From Schizochytrium sp. TIO01 (taxonomy: Eukaryota; Protista; Bigyra: Labyrinthulomycetes), in contig SMSO01000014.1 of the NCBI GenBank assembly GCA_004764695.1, forward strand, positions 5,032,845-5,096,844: a stretch of 64,000 bases of DNA. Reading direction: 5' to 3'. The notes beneath the pieces were generated by a model. It ran no database searches. It was not told the DNA's origin and worked only from the letters and a program-made list of their open reading frames with translations. The position numbers and the translations under genes are program-made. Shown here piece by piece: positions 21,534 to 32,979 of this stretch (position 1 is the first letter of the stretch; every line of letters starts with the position of its first letter).

Positions 21534-24032
21534 TTGTGCGCTGCAGAACCCTTCGATGCACGACAAGATCTACAAGCTGCGGCCCCAGCGGCCATGAAGA
21601 CATTAGGGGAGGAGCTACAGAAAGCGAGAAGCATTGTTGAAGCGCACAGGCATCGAGCTCTAGGTAAAATCGAACCTGTGAGTATTGATGCTGAAGGCAA
21701 TAGTAGCGCAGACGTGGAGACTAGCATTGAATCGCAATGGGTTGAGCTAGAGAAAGCGACACGCATCTTACAAAGATGCATCAAGGATCTAAGCAAAGAA
21801 AAACCTCCAAAGAAAGCACGAAAAGCTGTGCAGGCTGGTAATAAAATTGCGAGGTTGCAATTGCAACTTGCACAATTACTTTTGCTTCAGAGCAAATTTG
21901 ATGAAGCTAAGAGGTCTCTCAAAACAGCCTCGGGCCTCGCTCAAGGCGAAATATCAAAGAGTATAAATGTCACTACAGCAAGTGTTCTGTGGAATACTGA
22001 TGCTTTTGATGACGCTGTAGAGATTATCTTAAATATTATAGCTGTAACGGAAGGTGACAGTGATCAGAAACAAACCCTCCTTAGCGAGAGAAATCTACTT
22101 CTTCTCATGGGAATTTGTCTAGAAGAAGATAAAGCACGCTGCGAAAGTCAAAATCTACGATGGCGAAGCCGATATCGTGATTATGCTGATCAGGTTTTTC
22201 ATGAAGCTTATACCAAGGGGCCTTCTCGTAAACTGCAACACTCTGTGCAAAATGCTCAAGATTGGCTTGATGATGCTGAGCCATGGCTAGACTTAGCAAC
22301 AGCTTGCTGGGATGCCGGCGAGGTCCATCTTTCTATCAAAGCAGCTATAAGGGGCCTTTATTCTCCGAAGGGTCAACAGAATGCGCAACTATGGCGACAC
22401 CTCGCTCAACAATATCGAATGTTGTTTGATATTGAACATGCGTTGGAGGCCGCCACATCTGCTTTTCACCTCGACCCTTTCAACTTTGAAACACGAAATT
22501 TGCTTACTCTTTGGAGCCCGCATGAATGGGGAGAGTACTTTGCTTATGAACACAGAATGGTATCAAAGATCCAGGCCCGAGTTCGAAGTATCCTTGCACG
22601 GCAAAAGTTTCGTAGCATTCTAAAAGATCGACAAGCCCATATTGCTACAGTTCGCATCGTGATCACACAGCTGTGGCGCGACGTACGAAGCTGTGTCTTA
22701 CGTCGACAAATAATCATGCGCCATGGCTATACAAAGTTACAGGCACAATGGAGGGGTGTATGCACTCGGAAAGCTATGCAAGAAGAGCTCAAAGTACGAG
22801 AACTGAATCTACGTCGAACCCGAATGGCAAAAGAGATTCAGCGCGTATACCGTGGCTATCGGGCTCGTCTTGCGTATCATATTTCGTTGCATGAAATTAG
22901 GCGCCTTCGTCATGCAGCAACCCAAATTCAAAGAATATTTCGAGGGCACCGAATTGCAAAGCAAGCTTCAAAATTAAGAAAGTGGCATCAATCAGCTCGT
23001 AAAATACAAGCTATAGTGCGCGGAAAACTTGCTCGCAGCTCTGTAGTACGAATGCGAGAGCAAAGATTTCATGAAATTGTCATAGTTCCACTTACACAGA
23101 TGCAAGCTCTTCATCGTCAAAAGTTGGTCGCTCGAGGATTTCGCGACGCGTGTTTCCATAACCGAGGGAAAGCGGAGATACTGAAGTGGAACTCAATCGA
23201 TTTTCGCGCCTCTTCTTTTATAGGGAAGAAACCTCTGGGACAAAGTGGGGCACAATACCAACATGGACACACGGCGCCAAAGATCCACGCTCTTGTTACT
23301 GGAACAAATGCTATCGCCTCCCGGGAGGCTCTTGAAGACATGTTACGATTCGATAATCACATTGAAGAGATTGGATTAAGTGGTGTTATCGCTGATCCCT
23401 TGGTTGCTGATGAGATGATATGGGAGCGTGTTGAAAGAGGGGGTCTCCAGAATGTTCGAAAAATCTCTATCCAAGATAGCGGATCAAAATATAGCGATAT
23501 TCGTTTTGCGAAGTCATTACTTCCTCGACTTCTTCAAGCAAGTCATCTCCGAACTCTTGATCTCGGAAACATGGGCCTTGCAGATATGTCGTGTGAAGCT
23601 TTAATGTCTGCTTTTGCTGGTAAGCCGGTGCTGCGCAGGCTTGGGTTGGAAGGAAACCAAATTAGTGACCGTGGAGCCATGGCAATTGTGTCGATTGTCA
23701 TGCAAGGTCTCGAAGAACTTGATCTTCGGAACAACAGAATCAGTGATCAGGCAACCAATTCCCTCGCGAACGCTGCAACCTGTCATTTGCGCTCATTGCA
23801 CCTTGCCGATAATTTCATTTCAGAACTTGGGGCCTTAGCTCTGCGTCGTCTGGCTAAGCTAGGCTTCCTATTCGAGGTTTCTTTGTATGGGAACTTCATT
23901 TCTATTCGCTTATGCCATGAAATATCAAACATTTGTGCGGACGCAACCCTCCAGGCATTCCATCGTCCAGCACCTAGACTTCGCAGTGGCCGGGCAACGG
24001 TGCTGCGACCCCTGCCTACCCTTATAGTGTAG
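21534..24032 (+). CDS. TPR-like + multi-IQ calmodulin-binding + C-terminal RNI-like LRR protein
   Basis: IQ motifs IQARVRS, LQAQWRG, IQRVYRG, IQRIFRG and IQAIVRG; LRRs LRTLDLGNMGL, LRRLGLEGNQI, LEELDLRNNRI and LRSLHLADNFI; TPR-like LWRHLAQQY...A...A..LDPFN. First in-frame ATG is 21594; true start uncertain. Confidence 0.85.
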   Translation: MCAAEPFDARQDLQAAAPAAMKTLGEELQKARSIVEAHRHRALGKIEPVSIDAEGNSSADVETSIESQWVELEKATRILQRCIKDLSKEKPPKKARKAVQAGNKIARLQLQLAQLLLLQSKFDEAKRSLKTASGLAQGEISKSINVTTASVLWNTDAFDDAVEIILNIIAVTEGDSDQKQTLLSERNLLLLMGICLEEDKARCESQNLRWRSRYRDYADQVFHEAYTKGPSRKLQHSVQNAQDWLDDAEPWLDLATACWDAGEVHLSIKAAIRGLYSPKGQQNAQLWRHLAQQYRMLFDIEHALEAATSAFHLDPFNFETRNLLTLWSPHEWGEYFAYEHRMVSKIQARVRSILARQKFRSILKDRQAHIATVRIVITQLWRDVRSCVLRRQIIMRHGYTKLQAQWRGVCTRKAMQEELKVRELNLRRTRMAKEIQRVYRGYRARLAYHISLHEIRRLRHAATQIQRIFRGHRIAKQASKLRKWHQSARKIQAIVRGKLARSSVVRMREQRFHEIVIVPLTQMQALHRQKLVARGFRDACFHNRGKAEILKWNSIDFRASSFIGKKPLGQSGAQYQHGHTAPKIHALVTGTNAIASREALEDMLRFDNHIEEIGLSGVIADPLVADEMIWERVERGGLQNVRKISIQDSGSKYSDIRFAKSLLPRLLQASHLRTLDLGNMGLADMSCEALMSAFAGKPVLRRLGLEGNQISDRGAMAIVSIVMQGLEELDLRNNRISDQATNSLANAATCHLRSLHLADNFISELGALALRRLAKLGFLFEVSLYGNFISIRLCHEISNICADATLQAFHRPAPRLRSGRATVLRPLPTLIV

Positions 24033-25841
24033 TTAAGTTACCTTTTGTTCTGTTGTCTATTTGAGACATAAATTTGTATACTATGTAGGTTTTGCCTGAA
24101 AATGTCTATAAGATTTGAGCGACTTGAAATTTTTATAAGCTACCTTTCCACTATCCCCCGACTCTGCAAAATCAACATCATCTCAAAACTTGTGATTTGC
24201 ATGATTTGTTTTCTTTCAAAAGACCCTGGACATTACGATGCCTAGATAAGCTTCCAACCTTCAGTTCTCAACTGTCCTCATTAAGATGCCAGTCATTAGA
24301 TTTAAAGGAGATTACAAGTTATCGACGAGCAACTAGGCGTACTCCTCCAGCAAAGCCAAAGTTATGGGCAGAAGGAATAATCAGTGACGAATCGTGTTTT
24401 TGTATTGAAGACCAAAGTGAATCTGCTTCAGTACCTTTCAAAATAACACCGTGGAATGAAGCTACCTATGTTCAGTATAAATGTTATGATTGTTTGCTCA
24501 ATCGAGTGATAAGTCTTTGGACACTAACTGGCTGCGCCAGAGTCGCTTGTAAATGGATTGTCATAATCCTCAAACTGTTTACAACATTATAGGGCTTTAT
24601 TCCACGTTCACAAAATTTACAGAGATGAGTCTACCTTAACACCCAACCTTCAATCAAGTCAACTCTTAGAGAACTCTCGCTTTCAAAGTGGCATATTATT
24701 AATATCATTTAGTGAAAGGAGCCTTACTTAACATAATGATGGCTTCTTAATTTGTGATGTCTCTTTATTGTTAGAATCGATTTAACCTTCGTGTCTAGAT
24801 TTGTTAACCATTTTTGCGCAACTGAAGATGTTTGTGCAAATGTTTTACTGTGATCAGCATGTCGTGGGCTAACTACTCCTTGGAATTATATTGCTCTGCG
24901 TTGTTATTTATCCGCTTGCGTGATTTCCCTTGCTTGATTTTTTAGTGTTTTGACGGTCTTCTTCAGATTGTTGCATCGATATGAATAATACCTAAGAGTT
25001 TTTACCAAGGAAAAGGATGAATCAGCCTCTGGCTAGGGTGAGTGAGTGTCTTGTATGCATTTGTACTTACCAACAAAGACCCCATGCACTACCTCGAAGA
25101 TCCCTACGATTGCCCACCTGGACTGTACCTGACGTAACCAAATATCAACAAGCGCATGGGGCAAAAACCACTTCAAGGAGAACGCTTCCGTTCAGATCAC
25201 GGAGTACATCAACGTAAGATTGTGCTTCTATTGGCCTTTTCAACCTAAAACGAGCGATAACTCCAAGCCCATTAAACTCGTGATACCTCTGCCCATGACC
25301 AATCACAGTCCTTTGAGAGTGCCTAATATATTAAGCAACTTGTTTCTTCATATATACTCTCTAATCTACTTAGGATACTTTTGTTGGTTTCAAGTTGAGA
25401 GCGTAGCGACAATGGATTCCAAAACAGAAATACCTACTTAACGACCGCACTTGAAGTTTTGGCGCAAGAGTTTGGATACCCTGCTGAAGCCTTTCGTGGC
25501 CACTTAGCGCTGTGCAGGATCATCCTCGCTCCTGACCTTCTACGGCTTCGTGGCGCTTTGGTGGCTGATTAGTTGGCGTTGGTTAGTCACGTGGCTCATT
25601 GGAGACTGTTTTTTTCGTCAGCGTTGATTAGTCAGTTCGTTAGGTATCCGTTTGGACACGTGGAACGTACTCTGTGCAGCTTGCCCAATATCTCGGATAC
25701 CACTGGACTGTAGAAGAATCTTCCAGGCGCGTGAAGGAAAGTAAGGGGGCAACCGTCTTTGTTGTGATCTGTTTTGATTTGAAGAAAATACATGCCTCTG
25801 CAATAATAATATTTTGAAGCGCGAGTTATTATATCAACACG

Positions 25842-27686
25842 ATGCCACAAAATTGTGGGCCGAAGAGCAAACGTACTGTATCAAAGCCCAATGATCTCTG
25901 TTATCTGTCTGACAGTGAAGATGAAGACCAGGACGTCGTTGCAGAAGGATCGCAGCGAAAAGATCGGGCAAAACTATCAACTGCGCAAGATACAGAATTT
26001 AGTGCATATTCGAAGGTTGCCGACACAAGCTATTCATGCAATGAGGTAGCTAACCTGATGGACACCGGCGGCCCTGCTAAGACATCAAGAGATAACTCAA
26101 ATCATGCGGCCGGTTTAGGCAAGCCCCTCCCAAGAGAACATCGATCAGAGGATCTCTCCGTGAAGAATCATGGGAAACGAGACGCAGAAGTACTCAAAGA
26201 CAATATCACTGGCACAGGCACACACAAACCTAAGAAGGCCAAAGCCAACAAAAAAAATCAGAATATCAGAGTTAGCCAGGAATCTGAAGATAGCCCCACT
26301 GCACTTTATAGGTCCTCGCTAAATTCAAAGGATATTTACCAGGCATCAGTTCCATTGCCCTCCAAAGCATCGAAGATCCCTTCAAAGGAGCACGAACCTG
26401 TTTTACCAAAGAGAGGAGACAATGCAGCAGCTCTACCAAGGTCGAAGATTAAGAGTACCAAACTCACAGCAAGTTCGAAATCGACGTCTCGTCCACAAAT
26501 TAGTGGCCGTTCGACAGGGTCTGGTCTGCAGGCCAGTCAGACTCACTCATCAAACTCGGCAACACACGCCAGCGAAGAAAGTGTGAGAATAACAAAACCT
26601 AGTTACAAACATGTTTGTCATACATTGGGATATAACCCAGGTAATCTTGCAAAATCTTTGCATGACGATGGTTATATAGTTGTTAAAGTACCATGGTTGA
26701 CCACAAAGCGTCTCCATGATCTGCGAGAAGAACTTCTTAGGGAAGTTCGTTCTTTTCCTGAGTTCAAGCCTGGAGCAGAGAGTTTTGTAATGGGTGGTTT
26801 TTCTGCTTTGGGTAACCCGTCATCGTTTCATAACAAACCGGTACGCCAGCTTCGCCAGTTTGCCATGGCGGAAATGATCCCGATGTTTTCCGCATACATT
26901 AATAGATACTTGAAAGAAGTCGAACATGGCTGGGCTTTGGAACAAATTATCGACCGCCTCATGATTCGCCCCAAAGGCATTGCCCCCTCTGCAGAAGCGT
27001 GGCACCGCGACGAAGCACCTAATGCAAACTCCGAAGATTGTATATTTGGTGGATGGTGGAATTTGAATGATGAAGATCAATATTTCTCATGTCTGCCTGG
27101 GAGTCATACAAGCGAGAAGAAAAGGCAAGGTTTTGCAACTGTAAAGTCGAAGGAAGAGAAAGATCATCTTTCTTCGTTGAAGCGAAAAGTCATTGTTCCT
27201 CGGGGCCACATCCTGATTTTTCAAGAAGACATCATGCACGAGATTGTGGCCCATAAAGCAAAATTTCTGACAATCCGGCTTTTTATAGGCTGGCGTTTGT
27301 CATGCGAAGAAGGAAACGAGGATCGTCCATTAGTGTCAGATCTCAAATCCTTATTGCGCGAGCAAGCTGTCGTAACCCTTAAATCTAAGCAAATACCTCC
27401 CATGTACGCCAAACTCCATTGGACAAACTGGCGAAGTAGAATTGTGGAATTTACTCAGAAAAACATCAGTGATGCTTGTACTGAAGAGCGAATAGTAGGG
27501 TCAGGAAAGGACAAAGGCACGAAAGTAAAGGTCGTTGCACAACATATGAAGAGTCTTGTTGCCTACAATCTTCCCCTCTACCCAGACTATGAACAGGAAG
27601 AGAGTGAGATACTTTTCCCAAGAGCAGAATGGAATTTAAAGTGTGGCTGTGGAGAATACTCGACACAGTTTCTTGAGGATCCTTAA
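25842..27686 (+). CDS. PhyH-like 2-oxoglutarate/Fe(II) dioxygenase domain with disordered N-terminal extension
   Basis: Motifs LHDDGYIVV, HxD (WHRDE), LPGSH, VPRGHILIFQEDIMHE (distal His) and downstream R (RLFIGW). The 5' end is uncertain. Confidence 0.72.
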   Translation: MPQNCGPKSKRTVSKPNDLCYLSDSEDEDQDVVAEGSQRKDRAKLSTAQDTEFSAYSKVADTSYSCNEVANLMDTGGPAKTSRDNSNHAAGLGKPLPREHRSEDLSVKNHGKRDAEVLKDNITGTGTHKPKKAKANKKNQNIRVSQESEDSPTALYRSSLNSKDIYQASVPLPSKASKIPSKEHEPVLPKRGDNAAALPRSKIKSTKLTASSKSTSRPQISGRSTGSGLQASQTHSSNSATHASEESVRITKPSYKHVCHTLGYNPGNLAKSLHDDGYIVVKVPWLTTKRLHDLREELLREVRSFPEFKPGAESFVMGGFSALGNPSSFHNKPVRQLRQFAMAEMIPMFSAYINRYLKEVEHGWALEQIIDRLMIRPKGIAPSAEAWHRDEAPNANSEDCIFGGWWNLNDEDQYFSCLPGSHTSEKKRQGFATVKSKEEKDHLSSLKRKVIVPRGHILIFQEDIMHEIVAHKAKFLTIRLFIGWRLSCEEGNEDRPLVSDLKSLLREQAVVTLKSKQIPPMYAKLHWTNWRSRIVEFTQKNISDACTEERIVGSGKDKGTKVKVVAQHMKSLVAYNLPLYPDYEQEESEILFPRAEWNLKCGCGEYSTQFLEDP

Positions 27687-28777
27687 TCGGCAGCAGTCAG
27701 TTCCAGAGTACACAATTTATTCAAAGTTAGGTAAGAGCGTAAACGCATATTCAATACATAACTCAGCGAAGCATATTCTTGAAACTTTGTTTTCTAGGTT
27801 GAAATTATTTCTTATCATTAAAGGGCCAAATTCTGGTTTGAGAATTTTTATTTAAAAAGAAAATTAAAAATCAGAATAATGCAATGTGTGCCTGCCTATC
27901 TAGGACTGCTTGGTTAGAGTTATGGATAAAGTATGAAAAGGGTAAAATATTACACTTGCTCATCTCTCAAAGTTTCGATTCTTTGGTACAAAACAAAAGA
28001 TAGCAATAATCATTTACTGCCCAAACAACCCAACAGAATAGTGACCACACTTTTCTAGACCAACGTATCTACTTTTCAGCAAACACAGTGCATCATTCAG
28101 CTTTTCTTCAAGAACATGTGAACTCTATCGCTACTTCAGAATTCAAGTCTAGTTTACACAACAGATAGTGGAAAATTATTGCAAGGTAAGGTAACTTTTA
28201 AAAGCCACGCCTAATCTAGCTAGGTAATAAGTTTAAAGACGAGGCAATGTTGCCTGACGGTATGATAAACATCTAGCAACAGTTTAAGAATGGGTTTATC
28301 AAGTTAGCGATCTGTTCACTCGAGAGTTAAATTCCCGACATAAACAGAAACATGCAGCCTGTTGAATAGAGTACGTCTCACAAATTTGAAGAGTCCTTCG
28401 GGTTTCATTACATTTCTACCAAACAGTTATAGTCTTGAAAATTTAATTATATAGAGACATGATTATACAGACGCCGCATCTTCATGTCCAGGTATTGGAC
28501 CTATTGATGTGTTGGAGACTCTTTTGATCAAGGCCACCAACTATTTCTTCTCCTTCAGTGCTAGCGTCAAAGAAATAAGAAATTTGTTTCATGCCTTCTC
28601 CTCGGGCGACGTTTTCGAGCGTGAAGATCTTAAACACCTCTCGCGCATTGCGCATTCCAGAGGATCAGATAATAATCTCTAGCATGTTTATATGCCAACC
28701 TTTTGGAGAGCCGCAAATACAAGCGCAGGTGTTTTTGTGTTTTGGGGGTGTGTGGAGGGGGGGAGAGAAAACGCTTG

Positions 28778-30970
28778 TTAATCACTTGCCGCCCCCCCGA
28801 TATTTAAAACGAGATCGTCTTCACTGGACGAATCTGTGTCTGGGCTCGATACACGGGCTTTCTCACTATCGCCATCAGTGGCTCCCCCTGAAGTACTGCC
28901 ACGAACCTCTTGAGTTTGTTCGCGCGAATGTTCCTCACTTTGGAGTGGGTTAGGCGGGTTTTCTTGCGTTGGGCTTTTATCTCTCATAGCCAGATTATTA
29001 TCGATATCAAAGGCTTTCCTTGCCCCATTAAAAGGAGCCTTTCGGACTGGGTTTAGGTTGAGTATCTCAGGTTGGACATCACGATCTCGCTTCCTGTTTT
29101 CAATTCGGAGTTGCGGGGCTTGATCATCCAGCTCTATATCGTCATTACTGACTTGCTTTGACACCATGCTAAAATCTAGAGCGCCTTGGTTCGATGTCAC
29201 ACTAAAGTCACCAGAGTTACTAGAGTTGGGCTTAGACGAAGAACGTGTATAAGATGATAGATTCTGAAGAACAAAGAGAAGGAAGTTTGTGCCATCCAAT
29301 CGAAACGGTTTTAAACATAGAACTCCGAAGGTGTCGGATCGGAAGTTAGCTGAGCCAATTTCACGCAATGATTTAAGTTGTTCAAATGACTCAACATCAT
29401 CTTCTGCTATCATGACGAGGAAACGGTTTATAGGTAGTTCTGAGTCAGGACGAATGTGCACTTCAAGCATGTTTAAGTTTGAATTCTTACGCGAGGCCTC
29501 CAGAAGCAGAAGGGGAATTCTGCTGGGTTTTGAGCCATCTGAGTTCCTTTTAGATCCATCACTGGTGAGGTCCAACTGATGTATCATTTTTTCCAGGTTG
29601 TAGACAGATTTACTGTTATGCTCGTATAACTTATTCAATCGTCTTGAAAATATTTCCTCTAAAACGATGAGTTCTTTTTCGGGGTTTTGCTCTAAGGTAT
29701 CCATGATGGTGCCAGATTTTTTACCTGGTATATAGATGACTTTCAAGTAGTCATTTGGCATCTCAGAGAAGGAACATCTGCACTGGTATTTAACGTCGAA
29801 TGAAAAAAATGATTGCATGCGTTGTTCGTCCTTTTCGCGAACCAGGATAAGGACATCCTCAGTTTCATCCCAAATTTCACATTCAAATTCGTTCATCTTC
29901 TTGCAGCGTTCACAGTCCTCGTCCAGCATACAGTCTTTGCAGTCTTGGCTCTTTAAATCCTCGATAAAACGCACTGTTAAAGGTAAGATTGGCACATTGG
30001 CTCTTTGCTGTGTAAGTTTAGGAAACGTTGATTTAATTGTGCTTTGCACGTTTAAGGCCCAGAGGTTTTCTGGAGGGGCTTTATCCTTCAACGATTGAGA
30101 AACAATAGGATAGATCGTTGTGCTTGCATTCCTCATAAGCATAGCAAGAACTTTAGGTAACTCCCAAACTGCTTCTCCACGCTTATTTATTTGATCAATA
30201 TCATATCCTAGTCTCTTTCGGAATATATCAATCCAATCCTCAGTTTCCATTGCCTCATCATCATCAAAGTTGGCCTCTAGGGTGCTTCTCGTGAATTCGC
30301 CATTTGGCCCTTGGCTTGAATTGGATTGAACTACAGAATTAAACAGTGCACTACAGCCAGTTTTACCAAGACGATTCTTTGAGCAGTTCAGCTTTTCTAG
30401 ATGAACTGCTTTCTCTATAAGGCGGCATAGGGGTTCAACAGCGCTACTAGAAAGGTTGCACTCGACTAGTTGAAGATCCTGAAGGGGTGCCTCTTCCAAA
30501 GCGCTTAAGATGACCTCGACGCCAGTTTCGTCTAAATCGTTCCCAGATAAATCTAAGCGTTTTATGTTTTTGACCGCATATTTTATAGTTATAGCTGCAT
30601 CAATATTGCTGAGACAATTGTTGCGAAGATTAAGGGTTTCCAATTTTAGTTGATCGTTATTGTAAAGTGCCTTCGCCACCCACTTCAGAACATCAGCACC
30701 AAAGTTATTTTCAGCCAGATTGAGGGACTTGACCTTGCATCCTTTTTTACATAAAACCTTGTACAAAATCTTCGCATCCCATTCAGAGAGTACGAGATCT
30801 TCACAGTTTATGCATTCGAGATTATGCAGGTTTTGCAGCCATAGAGACTCATACTTCCGCTTCAGTAGCTCCAGCTCCATAGTCATCTTCGCACACTTCA
30901 ACCGGACACCACTTTCATGATTAGGCAGAGACAAGCTTGACCTTGTCTTACGACGAGGCTCCTTGCCCAT
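28778..30970 (-). CDS. RNI-like leucine-rich repeat protein with uncharacterised C-terminal region
   Basis: LRRs VKSLNLAENNFG, LETLNLRNNCLS, IKRLDLSGNDLD, LQDLQLVECNLS and LEKLNCSKNRLG; 730-aa ATG-initiated ORF. Confidence 0.85.
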   Translation of the reverse strand: MGKEPRRKTRSSLSLPNHESGVRLKCAKMTMELELLKRKYESLWLQNLHNLECINCEDLVLSEWDAKILYKVLCKKGCKVKSLNLAENNFGADVLKWVAKALYNNDQLKLETLNLRNNCLSNIDAAITIKYAVKNIKRLDLSGNDLDETGVEVILSALEEAPLQDLQLVECNLSSSAVEPLCRLIEKAVHLEKLNCSKNRLGKTGCSALFNSVVQSNSSQGPNGEFTRSTLEANFDDDEAMETEDWIDIFRKRLGYDIDQINKRGEAVWELPKVLAMLMRNASTTIYPIVSQSLKDKAPPENLWALNVQSTIKSTFPKLTQQRANVPILPLTVRFIEDLKSQDCKDCMLDEDCERCKKMNEFECEIWDETEDVLILVREKDEQRMQSFFSFDVKYQCRCSFSEMPNDYLKVIYIPGKKSGTIMDTLEQNPEKELIVLEEIFSRRLNKLYEHNSKSVYNLEKMIHQLDLTSDGSKRNSDGSKPSRIPLLLLEASRKNSNLNMLEVHIRPDSELPINRFLVMIAEDDVESFEQLKSLREIGSANFRSDTFGVLCLKPFRLDGTNFLLFVLQNLSSYTRSSSKPNSSNSGDFSVTSNQGALDFSMVSKQVSNDDIELDDQAPQLRIENRKRDRDVQPEILNLNPVRKAPFNGARKAFDIDNNLAMRDKSPTQENPPNPLQSEEHSREQTQEVRGSTSGGATDGDSEKARVSSPDTDSSSEDDLVLNIGGAASD

Positions 30971-31487
30971 GGAGACAAGCGAAGAGTCAAGACGCCCTTC
31001 TCACGCCTTCGGTCCAAAGCAGTTGCTGATACGCGTGCCCGTGAGCGACTTGCTGCTGCTTTGCCAGGGTTTGTCACCAGCTAGCTAGCTACTCCGCGCT
31101 GATCACATCTGATCGATAGACCTCCTTTTCCTCCTTTTGCAGTACCCTTAAGTTAATTAAAGGCCTTCTCTCAATCTTCAGGTGCTGCTACCACGGTCCC
31201 TAGTGACTGCTACGTGGCGTGGTGCAATTCTACACTCAAGGAAAAGGCTTATTATCTCCATGCTCTGACACATCGCCCAAGCGGACGGTTGACCAGGCAA
31301 ACCCACCACCCACCCATCCATCCATCCACGCACCGACCCATGCATCAGCCCTGGCCGCTGCCGCAGAGAAGACGAGAGTCGAGATCAAAACCGGCGTCAG
31401 CTGCGAGCATTAAAGAAACATCGCACCGTCGAGTGAGAGCAGTCTATAGCTAGAACGAACTACGAACCGCTAAGAGAGCGAAAGCGC

Positions 31488-31590
31488 TCTCATCTCATCT
31501 CATCTCATCTCATGACATGACATGACATGACATGACATGACATGACATCACATCACATGGCATGGCATTGCATGACATGGCATGGCATGA
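31488..31590. repeat. Compound pentamer microsatellite (CATCT)n-(CATGA)n-(CATCA)n-(CATGG)n
   Basis: Seen directly in the sequence. Confidence 0.9.
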
Positions 31591-32979
31591 AAACCATCCC
31601 ATGAAAATGAGATGACTCCAAGTTTGCAGCATTCATGCATTCATCATTCATCATTCATGCACTTCATGCATTCATGCATTCAGTTCGCTCAAGCCTCCAC
31701 CGATCGATTGGCTTGGATTCGCTCAGGTTCTTCAACTTGTGCAGGAACACGATGTGCTCCTAGGATTAAACAGAATTTACACTCAAGTTCTCGCTCGCCT
31801 GTTTGGACCACGAGGTCGACCGCTGCTGCAACAGCACGCGTGGCAGCAGGGAATTCTTCTGTTCCCAGCGAGCGAGCGAGCGAGCTCCCCTGACGATGTC
31901 ATGCTGCCTCCGTTCGCGACGACAGTTCTGAGAAGCGAGATGACAGAAGGCGTCGGCCACGAATGAATGAACTGTTTTAGTAGTCAATGGAAATGGATGT
32001 GTTAATGGAAATGAAAATGTTTATGGAAATGTTTATGAGATGTGCTACCCGCTCCTCCTTGGTTCTGTCAGAGTCAGTCACGGCAATGTCTACGAACCAG
32101 ACACTATTACACGTCTCGTTGATGCCATTTCACTTGGACGTGCGCCAGTTTCTTCAGCCGGACGCTCTCAAAACTCGCGCTGCACCACAAGGACTGGCTG
32201 CGCCTGACTTGAGAGCCCCTCTTGTTTCCATATGATCATTCTCTTTGCTTTTCTATTCTTTTCTTTTCTTTTCCTTTCTTTTCCTTTCTTTTCTTTTCCT
32301 TTCTTTTTAAACGTTGACAAAAATGCAGTTTACTAAGTAGCTATTAAGAGCCTGCAGAAGAAAGGGTGTGCGCTAGCAGTCATGACTGCTTACTGCCTCT
32401 TTTTGATGGGTGAGACTCTTACTTAGGCACTACTATAGAAGAATTTACCTACCACTGGACTTTTTTCTTTTATTCTTTCTGTTTCTTTTTCTTTTTTTGT
32501 TCAATTCATCTTTTAATTGATAAAAATAGGATTAAAATTGGAGCGGAATAGAAGTACTTAGTAGACACCTAGTAGATGGTCCTGCTGCAGAGCACTGAAA
32601 GTTTGTAGACTGTATGGTAAGGGAGGTCGAGCAAGCTAAGTATTCCCATGTCCTCGCCTCGAGGCTTCGCTGCGAACTATAACATGACATGAAAGCTAGT
32701 GGTCCATTTCAACGCGACGACGTGATGGTTTTTTTCTCTCTTTAGAAAAGAGAGAGTGAATGGTGACTGGTATAGATTTGGGTAGATGCTGCATAGTCAA
32801 TTGGGAAACAGATTGGATATGATGTCAAAGCAACATCAAACCCTCGCCAAACCCTCGTCAAACCCTCAATTGATAGAGGTGAGGACTACAGAAGCAAAAG
32901 TTAACGCTGCAGAACCGCAGAGCCTTACGTCGTCAAGGGTGATTGGGTTTGATTGGATTGTCTGGTGTAGAACGGCAGC

